IMG/VR virus record: IMGVR_UViG_3300031578_000002
Span: 60,290-124,289 of that record
Length of the DNA stretch: 64,000 bases
Reading direction: 5' to 3' (one strand)
Source: a virus
In this document: one piece after another, positions 44,089-54,798 of the stretch
Position numbering within the stretch: the stretch's first letter is position 1
How the letters are laid out: each line of letters begins with the position of its first letter
Translations under genes and position numbers: made by a program
The notes under the pieces: generated by a model
Told to the model about the DNA's origin: nothing
Database searches by the model: none
What the model saw: the letters and a program-made list of their open reading frames with translations, nothing else

Positions 44089-44965
44089 AATTAATTTCTT
44101 TATTAATAAAGTTTTTTGTATAAACCCTTTTTGTTTTTCTAACTGTTGGGTGAAGTTTAGAATCATCATTTCCATCATGCCACACCAACGAATTTTCAAA
44201 CCGATAAATTTTAATTCCAAACTCAATCATTCTTTCTTTTATTCTCACCCATGTATATGATGATGTCTTAGGTGTAACACGTTCTTTAATATTATCTAAT
44301 TCATAATTAAATAGCTTTAAAAACTGTGTGTCTAATAACATGCCGCCATCAATAAATATTTCTTTCTCATTAAACCAAAATGATTCAATTGGAGCGTTCT
44401 TGTTAAAATTATAAAGATGAAAACTAAACGCCATGTAATTATTAGAAATCTCCTTAACTTCAAAAAATTTACTCAATAAATGATCTAAAAATTCATCACA
44501 CAAAATGAAATCATCATCTAATTGAACTATACCACACGATTTAAAATTACTTGCCAGATTCCACATTGAATTTATTGTCAACCAATAATTTATTTTACCA
44601 CCATTAATATCATTTTTTAAGTATATTATATCTGGAAACATAAACTCTAATTCCGAATATCTAATATCATTAGAGCCATCATTCATTAGTATTATTTTAA
44701 ATGAATATTTTGTTTTTTGAGAAAAAAATTGTTCTAATAATCTAAGTATTTTCTCATATCTATCAAAAGATGAAATACATATAATAACATCATAATCCGT
44801 TATCTCAGGTTTAATATATTTACCATAATCAATTACGTTATTAATTTTATTATCAACGACATTAGAACTACCTGCAACAACATTACCCATTCTTAATAAA
44901 GTTCTTTCATTATTACTTAATTTAACGTCTATTGCCTCTGTCTGTCTTGCTAATTTATTTCCCAT
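44078..44965 (-). CDS. GT2-like glycosyltransferase
   Basis: ICISSFDR, LMNDGS, VQLDDDF. Confidence 0.8.
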   Translation of the reverse strand: MGNKLARQTEAIDVKLSNNERTLLRMGNVVAGSSNVVDNKINNVIDYGKYIKPEITDYDVIICISSFDRYEKILRLLEQFFSQKTKYSFKIILMNDGSNDIRYSELEFMFPDIIYLKNDINGGKINYWLTINSMWNLASNFKSCGIVQLDDDFILCDEFLDHLLSKFFEVKEISNNYMAFSFHLYNFNKNAPIESFWFNEKEIFIDGGMLLDTQFLKLFNYELDNIKERVTPKTSSYTWVRIKERMIEFGIKIYRFENSLVWHDGNDDSKLHPTVRKTKRVYTKNFINKEINYEQ

Positions 44966-45017
44966 AGCAATTTTTTTTTTATTGTTTTTTTAATACTAAA
45001 TGGTCTTCTTATCATAT

Positions 45018-46631
45018 TTAATTTTGTTTTAATACTTCTAAATACAAGTCATGTATTTTTTTCGCTGAAATATTACTATGATATTTTTCAATATCATCTG
45101 GAACCTGCTGTAGTTCTTTATTTAAAATTTCTCCTTTATTGTTCACAGTATAAATCCATCCGGGTTTACCACATAAAAATCCTTCAATTGTTGTCCGACC
45201 TTTAAATATTCCAGCGGTATAATCACATTTTTTTATAAAATCCTCTACATTTGACTTAACACCAAAATATTTTACATGATTATTCATATTAGTAATATCT
45301 ATATTAAGAATATTTTCACCAATAATCCATAATTCTTGATTGTTATTTTGAGTAGTCCAAACTAAATCGGAAATAATTCGTTGTCTTAAATGATCAATTG
45401 TTCCTATAAATAACACTACTTCTTTTTTGTTTTTTATTTGTTTATAATTGACATTAAATCTTTTTGTATCAAAAGGATTATCAATAATAGTAATGTTACT
45501 ATCACTTATATTAAATGTTTTAATGTAATCTGTAATTGTCTCTCTAATTGAGATGTATTTTTTTATATTAGAATTTATTATTGGTTCTTCAAATACTGGA
45601 ATAACTTCACTTCTTATATGCATTACCGCCGGTGTATTTGGGTACATTTGTAATATTTGTTCGCCAATCGGTTTATGATTAATATGAATGATATCAAAAT
45701 CAATTTCATTTTTATAAAAAACTAATTGATTTTCATTGTTAATTCTATAATTAGGTGCACTTGCAATATGATATACTTTTACACCATTTTTTTGTGCTTT
45801 ACTAAGTAATGGTTCACCAACAACTGATGAGATTATCGTTACATCACACCCTAATTTAACTAATTCTCTAGATAATTCATAATTACTAACTTCGGAACCA
45901 GTATAATTTTTAAAAAACTGACAGCAAATTAAAACTTTAAGTTTATCTTCTGATATGTGTTTAATAGATAACTCATTTTTATATTGTTTAATAAATTGTT
46001 TTCGATTATTATCCCATTGATTATTAACTTCTCCAACAGATTTATGTAAAATTCTTATTGAAGTAGTTACACCTATATTACAACCATCTAGATAATTGGG
46101 TATACAAAAACTTAGATCATAAAAATGAAAACCTTTATAATTTTCATCAAATTTGTGAATTATTGTGTCGGGATTAAATGACATAAATACACCATCAATT
46201 AACACAACATCTTTAACATTATAGATTTCATTTGAGTATTCACTTATCCATGTATTATTACCATCGGTATGTCCCACAATACCACACATTTTACTTCTGT
46301 CTTCCCACCACATACCTGATTCTGGTAAATAGGTGCTGCCCGCTAAACCAACAATATCAAAATTAGTACAATTATATTTAGTTAATAATGATTTACCCCA
46401 ATTTTTGGTTTTAATAATAATGTCATTATGACACATAACAAAAATACTGTTTTTTTCATAATATTCTTTAATTCCTCTATTATATATCTCAGATAAACTA
46501 TATTGATTAAAATTCGGATAACAAACTACTTTATGTTTTACACCAATAGTATCGTGTATATGGTTAATAAATTCATTATTAGCTTCCTCACTTAACTGCG
46601 AGGAAAATATAACAATAATATTTGTTTTCAT
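45018..46631 (-). CDS. Two-domain glycosyltransferase (GT-A N-terminal + GT-B/GT4-like C-terminal)
   Basis: N-terminal YNRGI...MCHNDI...HFYDLSFC; C-terminal TGSEV...IDNPFD...GRTTIEGFLCGKP. Confidence 0.8.
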   Translation of the reverse strand: MKTNIIVIFSSQLSEEANNEFINHIHDTIGVKHKVVCYPNFNQYSLSEIYNRGIKEYYEKNSIFVMCHNDIIIKTKNWGKSLLTKYNCTNFDIVGLAGSTYLPESGMWWEDRSKMCGIVGHTDGNNTWISEYSNEIYNVKDVVLIDGVFMSFNPDTIIHKFDENYKGFHFYDLSFCIPNYLDGCNIGVTTSIRILHKSVGEVNNQWDNNRKQFIKQYKNELSIKHISEDKLKVLICCQFFKNYTGSEVSNYELSRELVKLGCDVTIISSVVGEPLLSKAQKNGVKVYHIASAPNYRINNENQLVFYKNEIDFDIIHINHKPIGEQILQMYPNTPAVMHIRSEVIPVFEEPIINSNIKKYISIRETITDYIKTFNISDSNITIIDNPFDTKRFNVNYKQIKNKKEVVLFIGTIDHLRQRIISDLVWTTQNNNQELWIIGENILNIDITNMNNHVKYFGVKSNVEDFIKKCDYTAGIFKGRTTIEGFLCGKPGWIYTVNNKGEILNKELQQVPDDIEKYHSNISAKKIHDLYLEVLKQN

Positions 46632-46645
46632 CTAAATATTTTCAA

Positions 46646-46676
46646 CAAATATATTAATTATATATAAGATTGTCAA
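46646..46676 (-). promoter_or_regulatory. Bacteroidota-type promoter for the glycosylation operon
   Basis: TTGACA...TATATTTG (TTG, 20 nt, TAnnTTTG), 15 nt before the ATG at 46631. Confidence 0.7.
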
Positions 46677-46680
46677 GTAA

Positions 46681-46992
46681 TTATTTAATATATTCAGTTA
46701 AATACATTTCGTAATATGACTTTGCTCTATCTAATGGGTATGGAATTCTTATTAACGTGCCATCGGGAATATCAAATTCTGTTAAAAAGCCACCATTAGC
46801 ATATATAATTAAAAAATCATAAAATGGATTTCCATAATATTTCTGAGATAAAATATCTAATCTACTTGTTTCACCATTCCAATATTCATATTTATCACTG
46901 GTACTTACTGGAATGTTAATAAATGGCATTAATTCAGTCGTTCCATCTGACTTTTTTAATATTGAATATCTATTATAATCTCTATACGGCAT
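46681..46992 (-). CDS. Baseplate wedge / LysM-like tail protein (gp53 / tail X-like)
   Basis: SRLDILSQKYYGNP...IIYAN...IPDGTLIRIPYPL; likely start MPYRDY at 46992. Confidence 0.75.
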   Translation of the reverse strand: MPYRDYNRYSILKKSDGTTELMPFINIPVSTSDKYEYWNGETSRLDILSQKYYGNPFYDFLIIYANGGFLTEFDIPDGTLIRIPYPLDRAKSYYEMYLTEYIK

Positions 46993-46996
46993 AATT

Positions 46997-49900
46997 TTAT
47001 ATTGTATTTTTCTTATCTGTAATATTAATATTTTCACGATATGTTGCATTATCAGTTGCTGCCTTAGATGGCTTTGCATATAATCCTTGACCACTATACG
47101 TTGAATTTGCATAATAATTATATGCAATCGCATTTTGAAGAGCATCAATTGGTCCAATTAATGATTGACCGCCAATTAACTTCATTTGTAATGTAACTTT
47201 TGCAATCATTGGTTGTACACCAAACCCCTCTGGGTTCATATCCCAAGGTGCCTCATTATAATCAATTGTAACGTTTTCAATAATAATTTTAGTATAAAAG
47301 AAATCTCCTACACGAAGAATACAAATTGGTTGTTTACCAAACACTGAATTTTTTGCACGAATTTCATTTGTTATTGGATCAATAATTGGATGATCTTTTG
47401 ATGCACCTTGTCTTGTACACTGTTGTAAGAACGTTAACCTTCTATGAAAATCTTCGGGTGTTTGTGTTTGTAATATAGGGTAATAATTGTGATTAATTAC
47501 TGCTTCATGGCCTTCCAATATTGCTTTGTCTCTTGGGTTAAACAACACGTCATTAATACCATTATCGAAATTAATTATTTGTGACTCTAATTCAACGATT
47601 CTTGTTTCTAAATCACTTTTTGTGTTAATTTGATCAATTGTCAGTTTTTGTTCTTTTGATGGTATGACTTTACTATTTCTTGCAATTTTAATTGATACAT
47701 ATCTTTCTTGTTTAACTTTTATATTATTTACTTTTGTTGGATCACCACCATCAATGCTACCACCAACACTACCCAAATTTATTGGCTGATTAAATAATGT
47801 ATCAGTTTTCATATCAGGAAACATTGCTTTTAATCTTGATGTAATTAATGTTTCAACAGCATTAATTCTTCTTTGAGTAAGTTCTTTATTATAACTATCA
47901 CCATTTAATATTGTTGAATGACCTTCAAGGGTAATTTGATAATAATCACGATTTAATTCATTTGAAAATGCCTTGATTAAATTATCATTTAATTTACAAT
48001 TACTATTAAATTGACCAGAGGTTCCTGTTGCCTGATACTGTGATATTGTTGATCCCAATAAACTGTAGGTATTATCAGTGTTTTTTATTAATCCATTAAT
48101 AAAATAAGCATTCATATTTAAACCATCACTATCACCCGCATTATTACCATTTGGTAAACCTTTAATTATTTCATAAATATAATTATTATACATGGTATCG
48201 ATAATTGTGTTTACTGTGGCATCATTATGTGGTGTGTCATTAGGAAAATATACTGTGACTTCATCAAAACTTAAATTTGTATCAGGTTCTTGATTAGACT
48301 CAATAGGTCCTTCAATTGCAGCTAATTTAGCTTTTAAATCTTCAAGTTGTTTTTGAATATTATCAATTGTTGCTTTTGTTGTTAATGGATTTCCACCAAA
48401 AGCAAAAAAGTCAGCAACGTTCTTTTTTGAATTGTTTTTATCTTTATCATTGTAAATATTTATTAGATGTTGAGGATGATCCATTAATAACGTAAAGTTT
48501 AATGTTGCACTTCTTTCAGAATTCATATAATTATACATTGGTTCATTCCTACCCAACATAACTGTTGATTCATATTTTGCAACAGAAGTTTCATTAATTT
48601 GTATATCATATGGGGGAAACCACATCATACGTCCATTGAATGGACCAACTTCTGTTACAGGTATTGGAGAATCATCATCAATAAATGCATTATTACCACT
48701 TTTTCTTGCTGTAATAGCTAAATTTTCAATACTAAACATTAAGTTTCTATTGTCAATACCACTTCCAACATTATTTAATGTTGGGTGAATTCTTGGTATA
48801 ACAGTTCTATAATTAACAGAATTTGGATTTCCACCATATCCTTTATTACCGACATATCTTATAGATTTATCAAATCTATCGTATTTATCAATAATTGAAT
48901 GTTGGCGATTGCCAATTTTATTATTAGTTTGACTTGCAATTGCATAATCACTATTATTTCCTTTCCATAATGGTGAACCATTAAATCCAACAATACTATC
49001 GTCATTAATAAATGCTTTTCTTGTTATATCAACAAATGCACCAGAACTTGCATTTAACAAATTTCTTGTATATTCTAATAAACCCCGTTGTATTTTATAT
49101 TCATATACAATATCAACGGATTGTGAATTGTCCAATATAGTATTATCATCATCGCCACGTAAATTAGATAATTGGCCTTTAACATTATCAGTAATTCCAT
49201 CTCTACCCCAAATTAACTGATTATCAATATTATTTCTATCTTCATTACTAATATAATCTTCGGGAACTCTATCGTGTTTTATGGTTTTATCAACATTTCC
49301 AAAATTATTTTTTACATAAGTAATATCAGGAGCATATTCATTAATTCCATTAGTATTACTATTTGCTAAACTAATATTCATTTCAGTATTAGCAATACCA
49401 TCAGAATCCCAGCTTGTTGATTGAATTAATAAATATGGATGTTGAATACTATTATAATAATTAAAAAAAACCACATTTCTACTATATATTGTCGTAATTT
49501 GATTTTGTAATTTTACATCAGCAAATTTAGAACCACTATATTTTACAATTGCAGTACTTGTTTCATCGCCACCAGCATCAACATATGATTTATATATGTT
49601 TCTGTTAATGTTCAAATAAAACTGTCCTAATTGTGCATTACCAGTATTTGCAATATAATTAGCATTAGATGTTCCACCACTAAATGTATCTGGTACAGAT
49701 ACTTGATTGAAATATAGTGCATTTTCAATTTTATCTAAAAAACTTGCATTTCTATCTTTTGTAATACTCCAATTAATTGGTGATGAAAATAATTTACCTT
49801 TACCAGTAATTGCACCTACAATGTCAATTGATGGTAAATATTGTTTTGCAATATGTGATGCAGAATTATAAAACATTTGTTTTCCTAACATCACCGTACC

Positions 49901-50179
49901 AATGTCAGTTAATGGTGTTGAATTACCAATTCTTGAGATTAAACTATTTTGAAGATTAACTGCATTATATTGAGGAATTACACTAAGAACACTGCCAATT
50001 CCTTTTGCAATTTTTCCTTTATCTTTAAGTGAAAGTTTATCAATATTTTCATATTCATTATCAAGATTATAAGGATTACGTGAAATTAAAAAATTTCTAA
50101 ATTCTTCAGATGTTTGAAAATTATTATTAATACCACTAATAATTTTATCTGTTGTTAATCTTGAATCACCATCAGCCAT
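46997..50179 (-). CDS. Large baseplate hub / tube-initiator-like protein with an internal OmpA-like domain
   Basis: WFPPYDIQINE...GRNEPMYNYMNSERSATLNFTL and CILRVGDFFYTKIIIENVTIDY...W..NP flank an OmpA_C-like insert. Confidence 0.65.
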   Translation of the reverse strand: MADGDSRLTTDKIISGINNNFQTSEEFRNFLISRNPYNLDNEYENIDKLSLKDKGKIAKGIGSVLSVIPQYNAVNLQNSLISRIGNSTPLTDIGTVMLGKQMFYNSASHIAKQYLPSIDIVGAITGKGKLFSSPINWSITKDRNASFLDKIENALYFNQVSVPDTFSGGTSNANYIANTGNAQLGQFYLNINRNIYKSYVDAGGDETSTAIVKYSGSKFADVKLQNQITTIYSRNVVFFNYYNSIQHPYLLIQSTSWDSDGIANTEMNISLANSNTNGINEYAPDITYVKNNFGNVDKTIKHDRVPEDYISNEDRNNIDNQLIWGRDGITDNVKGQLSNLRGDDDNTILDNSQSVDIVYEYKIQRGLLEYTRNLLNASSGAFVDITRKAFINDDSIVGFNGSPLWKGNNSDYAIASQTNNKIGNRQHSIIDKYDRFDKSIRYVGNKGYGGNPNSVNYRTVIPRIHPTLNNVGSGIDNRNLMFSIENLAITARKSGNNAFIDDDSPIPVTEVGPFNGRMMWFPPYDIQINETSVAKYESTVMLGRNEPMYNYMNSERSATLNFTLLMDHPQHLINIYNDKDKNNSKKNVADFFAFGGNPLTTKATIDNIQKQLEDLKAKLAAIEGPIESNQEPDTNLSFDEVTVYFPNDTPHNDATVNTIIDTMYNNYIYEIIKGLPNGNNAGDSDGLNMNAYFINGLIKNTDNTYSLLGSTISQYQATGTSGQFNSNCKLNDNLIKAFSNELNRDYYQITLEGHSTILNGDSYNKELTQRRINAVETLITSRLKAMFPDMKTDTLFNQPINLGSVGGSIDGGDPTKVNNIKVKQERYVSIKIARNSKVIPSKEQKLTIDQINTKSDLETRIVELESQIINFDNGINDVLFNPRDKAILEGHEAVINHNYYPILQTQTPEDFHRRLTFLQQCTRQGASKDHPIIDPITNEIRAKNSVFGKQPICILRVGDFFYTKIIIENVTIDYNEAPWDMNPEGFGVQPMIAKVTLQMKLIGGQSLIGPIDALQNAIAYNYYANSTYSGQGLYAKPSKAATDNATYRENINITDKKNTI

Positions 50180-50592
50180 TATAATATTTATTTTTAATAA
50201 ATACTTGTAAAAGAATTTTATTGTTTATATTTTTACATTGCGAAATTCTTACCTAAGCGCAGGTTTTTAAAATAAATATTTGTTTCAAACATTACTTGGA
50301 ATAATGTATTATGATTACATTAATATTTTATATATTTTTGAATTAGAATTAAAATTTCTGTTAAGAGATGAATATAACATCCCCTTTATGTCAATTTTTA
50401 ATTAAATTCGAAGAAGTTAATAACAAACTTGTAAATTTGTTCTTTGTTTATAAAAACGAAGAAAAAGTTTTTTGAACGGGTTTGAAAGAAAATTTAAATT
50501 GTTTGCTTGTTTTGATTAGTAAAAAATCTTGTCAAAGTTACAAAAAATTATTTTAATATCCTAATATTTATATTGATTTTAGGAAAAAAAAA

Positions 50593-53058
50593 TTATTTAC
50601 TACTTTTTCCTCCCTTAGCAAATTCATTTTTTTCAATTGCGATAACAGTATTATAAACTTTATGCATAAATTTATCACCGTCAAGATTTAATGTAATATC
50701 ATTTGATAATAATACTTTACCATTATTTGCAAATTCAACTTTTAATGGAGATTTTAATAAGTTTGATAATTCAGCTAACATACCACCACCCTTAATATTC
50801 ATTCCAGAAATTGATTTTACTGCATTTTCAACGGCAATAAAATCATCTTTGCTTCCAGACATCATTGTATTAATTTGCTTAAATGCATCACCAACTTTTT
50901 CTAAATCAGGTGCATGTTTTGCAATTCTATTTAATAATAATGAAAATGCTGCAACACCAACAACACCAGTTGTCATCCCCATCATTGCCAATGAAATAGC
51001 ACCAATTCCACCAGCTAGTGTAAACATTGATGGGCCAGCATCTTTTCCAGCGATAACTAATTTAGATAAACCTTCTGACATATATCCAATTCCTGCAGCT
51101 GCAATACCAATACCTGCACCAATACCTAGCGCAACAACCCCTAATGCCGCTAATCCAGCAGCACCAACAGTTGCTGTGGTTCCTAAAATTGCTAATGGTA
51201 TAACAAAAGCAGCAATAGCACCAGCTAATGATAAAATAACTTTAGGTAGTGCATTTAATCCTGTTTTATCTAGTTTTGACATAGAATCAGCAAGTTTGCT
51301 AATGCCTGTAGCTGCTAAAGCAATACCACCACCAATACCTAATGCAGCAGCACCGATTCCACCACCAGTAGCTAAATTCTTTATACCTTTAGCTTTTGTT
51401 AATTCAGCAGCCCCTTTACGTATTCCACCTTTTGGTGTGAATAAACTTCCACCAGATGTTGTACTTTTATTGTTTGATAAAAATTTACCAACACTACCTC
51501 TACCTCCAAGTAATTTTCCACTTTCAGCCCATTTATTGGCACCAGTAATAATTAAATTTGAGGTAATTCGCCATGCACCTGCTGCGGCAAGTAATATACC
51601 AGCAGCAGCAGCAATTCCTCCACCGCCCTTTCCAGCAAGTTTACTAAATTGGTCTGCTAGTCCACTAAGTGGTTTTAGTATAATATTTATACCTCTTAAT
51701 AATGGTAATAATGCAGATTTTAATGTTTCAATTGTTGCTTTAAATGTTTCGTCAAAAGTCATTGCATTTTTTGCTCGATCTTGTAATAAAACTTGTTCTT
51801 TAGCAAATGATTTTGCTTGTTTTTCAGTTAAGGTACTAATATCTGTCATAGTACCAGCAAGTTCGACTTGAAATCTTCCGGATTGTTTGTTAAAAATTGC
51901 TGCACCTTGAATAAGTTCCTTTTCTCTTCCAGTTAAGCCCGTACCTGCTAATTGTCGATTTATTTTTTCCATATCAGCACGTCTTTCAGCAATTTCAGTA
52001 ATACTTTCTTTTGACATACCTAATGATTTAGCAACAGCAGCTAATCTATCCCTATCAGCTGGACTTATAAATTTTTCAAAACTACCATCAGACATTTTTC
52101 TAAATGTTACAATACCTTTAGTCATATCTGATATTTTTTCAGTAAATTTGGCTGGGTCATTACGTGATAAAAATAACATTTGAAATGGATCAGTTTTTGC
52201 AAATTCACCACCCATTACCTGTAATTGTGCGGTTAAATCAATTGCACCTTCAAGTGTTCTAGAAACATCTGCAGCATTTAATGCATCACTAATATTAATT
52301 TTAAATTTTTCTGCATACATTGCCATTTGAGCAAAGCCCTTAACTCCTTGTTGAAAGGTATATGTATTTAATTTTTTAAAATTATCACTAACATTTTTTA
52401 ATACTTTAGTTGTATTAACACCCATTCTTTCTGAAGTGTCAACAACACCTTGAACATAATTCATTGTGGATTTCGCATCAAATCCCATTATTTCAAATTG
52501 TGCACCTAATTTTGTTGCTTGTTCAATACCTAATCCAGTACCTTTACCAATTGAGGTAATATCCTCAACCATTTGTGCAGACATTACACGTGCTCTACCA
52601 GTTTCATCAGCATAACCTTGCATTATTGATTGAGTATCAGCAAGACTTCCACCCATTCTTGTTACAAATCCGGCACTTTTCTCAAATGATCCTCTCATCA
52701 TTTCAGCTTTAGCACCACTCATTCCAAGACTAAGAATAGTACTTCTAATTATTTTATCTTGTTGTTGTAAATATCCCCAACCAATTTTAAATAAATCATT
52801 AGTACCTTTAATAAGTTTAATTGTATTTTCTCTGGACTTATTAGATTCTTTTATGACATTATTATACTTTTGTTCTTGCTCAACTAATATTTTTTGACGT
52901 TTTAAAAGTTCATCATAGGCAATTTTAGCATCTTCATTGCCACCATTACTTTCTTTCTGTAATTCAGAAAGTCTTTTGTAATTATCATTAATTTCAGCAG
53001 TAATAAGTTTTTGTTGAATTAATAAATCTGTTGATGATTTTAAATCGTCTTTTGCCAT
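50593..53058 (-). CDS. Tape measure protein
   Basis: Long helical A/K/Q-rich N-terminal part and G/A-rich hydrophobic C-terminal repeats; between chaperone and hub genes. Confidence 0.85.
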   Translation of the reverse strand: MAKDDLKSSTDLLIQQKLITAEINDNYKRLSELQKESNGGNEDAKIAYDELLKRQKILVEQEQKYNNVIKESNKSRENTIKLIKGTNDLFKIGWGYLQQQDKIIRSTILSLGMSGAKAEMMRGSFEKSAGFVTRMGGSLADTQSIMQGYADETGRARVMSAQMVEDITSIGKGTGLGIEQATKLGAQFEIMGFDAKSTMNYVQGVVDTSERMGVNTTKVLKNVSDNFKKLNTYTFQQGVKGFAQMAMYAEKFKINISDALNAADVSRTLEGAIDLTAQLQVMGGEFAKTDPFQMLFLSRNDPAKFTEKISDMTKGIVTFRKMSDGSFEKFISPADRDRLAAVAKSLGMSKESITEIAERRADMEKINRQLAGTGLTGREKELIQGAAIFNKQSGRFQVELAGTMTDISTLTEKQAKSFAKEQVLLQDRAKNAMTFDETFKATIETLKSALLPLLRGINIILKPLSGLADQFSKLAGKGGGGIAAAAGILLAAAGAWRITSNLIITGANKWAESGKLLGGRGSVGKFLSNNKSTTSGGSLFTPKGGIRKGAAELTKAKGIKNLATGGGIGAAALGIGGGIALAATGISKLADSMSKLDKTGLNALPKVILSLAGAIAAFVIPLAILGTTATVGAAGLAALGVVALGIGAGIGIAAAGIGYMSEGLSKLVIAGKDAGPSMFTLAGGIGAISLAMMGMTTGVVGVAAFSLLLNRIAKHAPDLEKVGDAFKQINTMMSGSKDDFIAVENAVKSISGMNIKGGGMLAELSNLLKSPLKVEFANNGKVLLSNDITLNLDGDKFMHKVYNTVIAIEKNEFAKGGKSSK

Positions 53059-53088
53059 AAAAATATATTATACTAATATAAATACAAA

Positions 53089-53115
53089 AGATCAAGATTT
53101 TTATTTTCTTGATCT
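53089..53115. terminator. Hairpin overlapping the end of the small chaperone ORF
   Basis: AGATCAAGA-N9-TCTTGATCT. Confidence 0.55.
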
Positions 53116-53280
53116 CATGTTATTTTTATTTCTTTCTCGTTCTTGTATTTTTTCTATTTCTTCATTTTCCTTTTCTAATAAGAACAAAAAATGTCGTCTA
53201 CGATATATTGGTAAATTTTCAATATATTCGGCTTGAAATTTAGCATGTTTTGTTAAAATGTAAATTTCTTCATCAATCAT
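53101..53280 (-). CDS. Small tail-assembly ORF (59 aa from ATG; the -1 frame is open from the upstream slippery site)
   Basis: Hand translation MIDEEIYILTKHAKFQAEYIENLPIYRRRHFLFLL...; below the track cut-off. Confidence 0.75.
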   Translation of the reverse strand: MIDEEIYILTKHAKFQAEYIENLPIYRRRHFLFLLEKENEEIEKIQERERNKNNMRSRK

Positions 53281-53297
53281 TTTTTTATATTCCCCCG

Positions 53298-54218
53298 CTA
53301 GGTGTTTGGGAAAAAAAAATCTAATCCAACACTTAAATCAGCATTAAATGTATATCCATCTTTAGCTGTAAAGGTATATTCCATATCAACATCAGGACCA
53401 ACAGCTAATATTTTTTTACGAATAGTAAATGCATCTAATGCAGGCATTGCATCAACAAATTTATCAATATATGTTCTATCGGTATTATCATTAATTGAAA
53501 TAATACCGGCTTTTAATCTCATTGTTGAATATTGACTATATTCTTCACCATAAGCCTCTTTAATTGACTCGGCCTTTTTAAATATCATATTATCTTCACC
53601 TGATGTAAGTAATTTAAATTTAACCATTTTTTTACGCATTGGTAACTCAACAAAAAAATGTCCATTTTGATCGGGAAATTCAGTAATTTCTTTATATCTT
53701 AGTTTAAGTAAATCAACTGTTGTTTTAAATGGAATATTTGTTCGTGGATCAGTAACTTGTACTGTATAATCTGAACCATAACTTGAACTACGTAAAAATA
53801 AAATAATTGCATTTCTATCACCAGAAAGTAAATCATCAGGATTAACACCTTTAGTCTTTATTTTACGTTTTAATAAAATATTTAACACTGTACCACTTTC
53901 AATTAGCGATGGTGTTGTTAATAAATCTTCATCTTTAGATGTCATATATTCAACATTAACCTCAGATAACCCGTTCGAGTAAAACAAACCTTTTGATGGT
54001 AACTTAACAATTTCATATGTAGTTATTAAATCAGGATCGGTTTCTTTTGACATTGTTTTTTCAAAATCATCTTGGTTAAATGATGTTGATTTTGAAGTAA
54101 AATTGGAGTTTAATTCTACTGGTGTATTAACTGATTCAGAAGTATTGTGAACATCTTTATATTTTTTTAACATTTCAGAAACAGATTCTTTTTGTGGTAT
54201 ATTTTCTTGTAAATTCAT
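53298..54218 (-). CDS. T4 gp26-like baseplate hub assembly / tail assembly chaperone
   Basis: VKLPSKGLFY, MTSKDEDLL, LLSGDRNAI..LR..SYG..Y, C-terminal GLDFFFP; directly upstream of the TMP. Confidence 0.75.
   Translation of the reverse strand: MNLQENIPQKESVSEMLKKYKDVHNTSESVNTPVELNSNFTSKSTSFNQDDFEKTMSKETDPDLITTYEIVKLPSKGLFYSNGLSEVNVEYMTSKDEDLLTTPSLIESGTVLNILLKRKIKTKGVNPDDLLSGDRNAIILFLRSSSYGSDYTVQVTDPRTNIPFKTTVDLLKLRYKEITEFPDQNGHFFVELPMRKKMVKFKLLTSGEDNMIFKKAESIKEAYGEEYSQYSTMRLKAGIISINDNTDRTYIDKFVDAMPALDAFTIRKKILAVGPDVDMEYTFTAKDGYTFNADLSVGLDFFFPNT
53310..53316 (-). other. Candidate -1 ribosomal frameshift heptamer T TTT TTC
   Basis: A run of nine T in frame, three codons before the TAG; the -1 frame continues 69 codons through the small ORF. 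Confidence 0.6.
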
Positions 54219-54364
54219 TTTATAAAAATTTATATTTTATTATTATTTTTAAATAAATACTCTAAAAAAAATTTTAGATTATTCAAGATAATTAATTAAT
54301 GTTCGTATTAGTATATAATTAAATGAATATAAATTACTGCTGTTAATTAAAGTAAAACTTGAAT

Positions 54365-54742
54365 ATGACTAAAAATAAATTTAAAGATGAGGCTGAATAT
54401 AATAACATGTTATCAGTAAATAGTAATTCACAAATTTTAAAAGTAAAAGAAGAAATAAATAGACTAATACCGAAAGACATTAAAATAATTGCTAAAAATG
54501 AAAGTCAAATAAAATTAATAAATTCAATAAAAAATAATGAGATAACAATATGTTCTGGATTAGCTGGTTCAGGTAAAACTTTTGTTGCTGTTGCATTTGC
54601 TTTAAATTTATTGACCAAATTAAATAATCGATATAAAAAAATTTATTTAGTTAAGTCAGTAACTGCGTTGAAGGGAGAAGAACTTGGATATTTAAAAGGG
54701 GATTTAAATGAAAAAATTGGTCCATTTATGTGGTCATTTTAT
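54365..54742 (+). pseudogene. phoH: PhoH-family ATPase, N-terminal half only, truncated by TnpB element 2
   Basis: KNESQ, CSGLAGSGKTFVA, GEELGYLKGDLNEKIGPF; the RGR and DEAQN half is not found after the element. Confidence 0.85.
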
Positions 54743-54798
54743 AAAACGGAGCGTAAATCCCACCCATCGTTTTTACGTGGGTGGGATGTAAGCGGTCA

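Noticed and set aside
50180-50592. 410-bp intergenic gap between the tape measure and hub genes as a possible origin or ncRNA
   Set aside because: I see only promoter-like motifs (TAACTTTG and GTATTTAT on the minus strand, TAAATTTG on the plus strand), with no iterons or stable hairpins.
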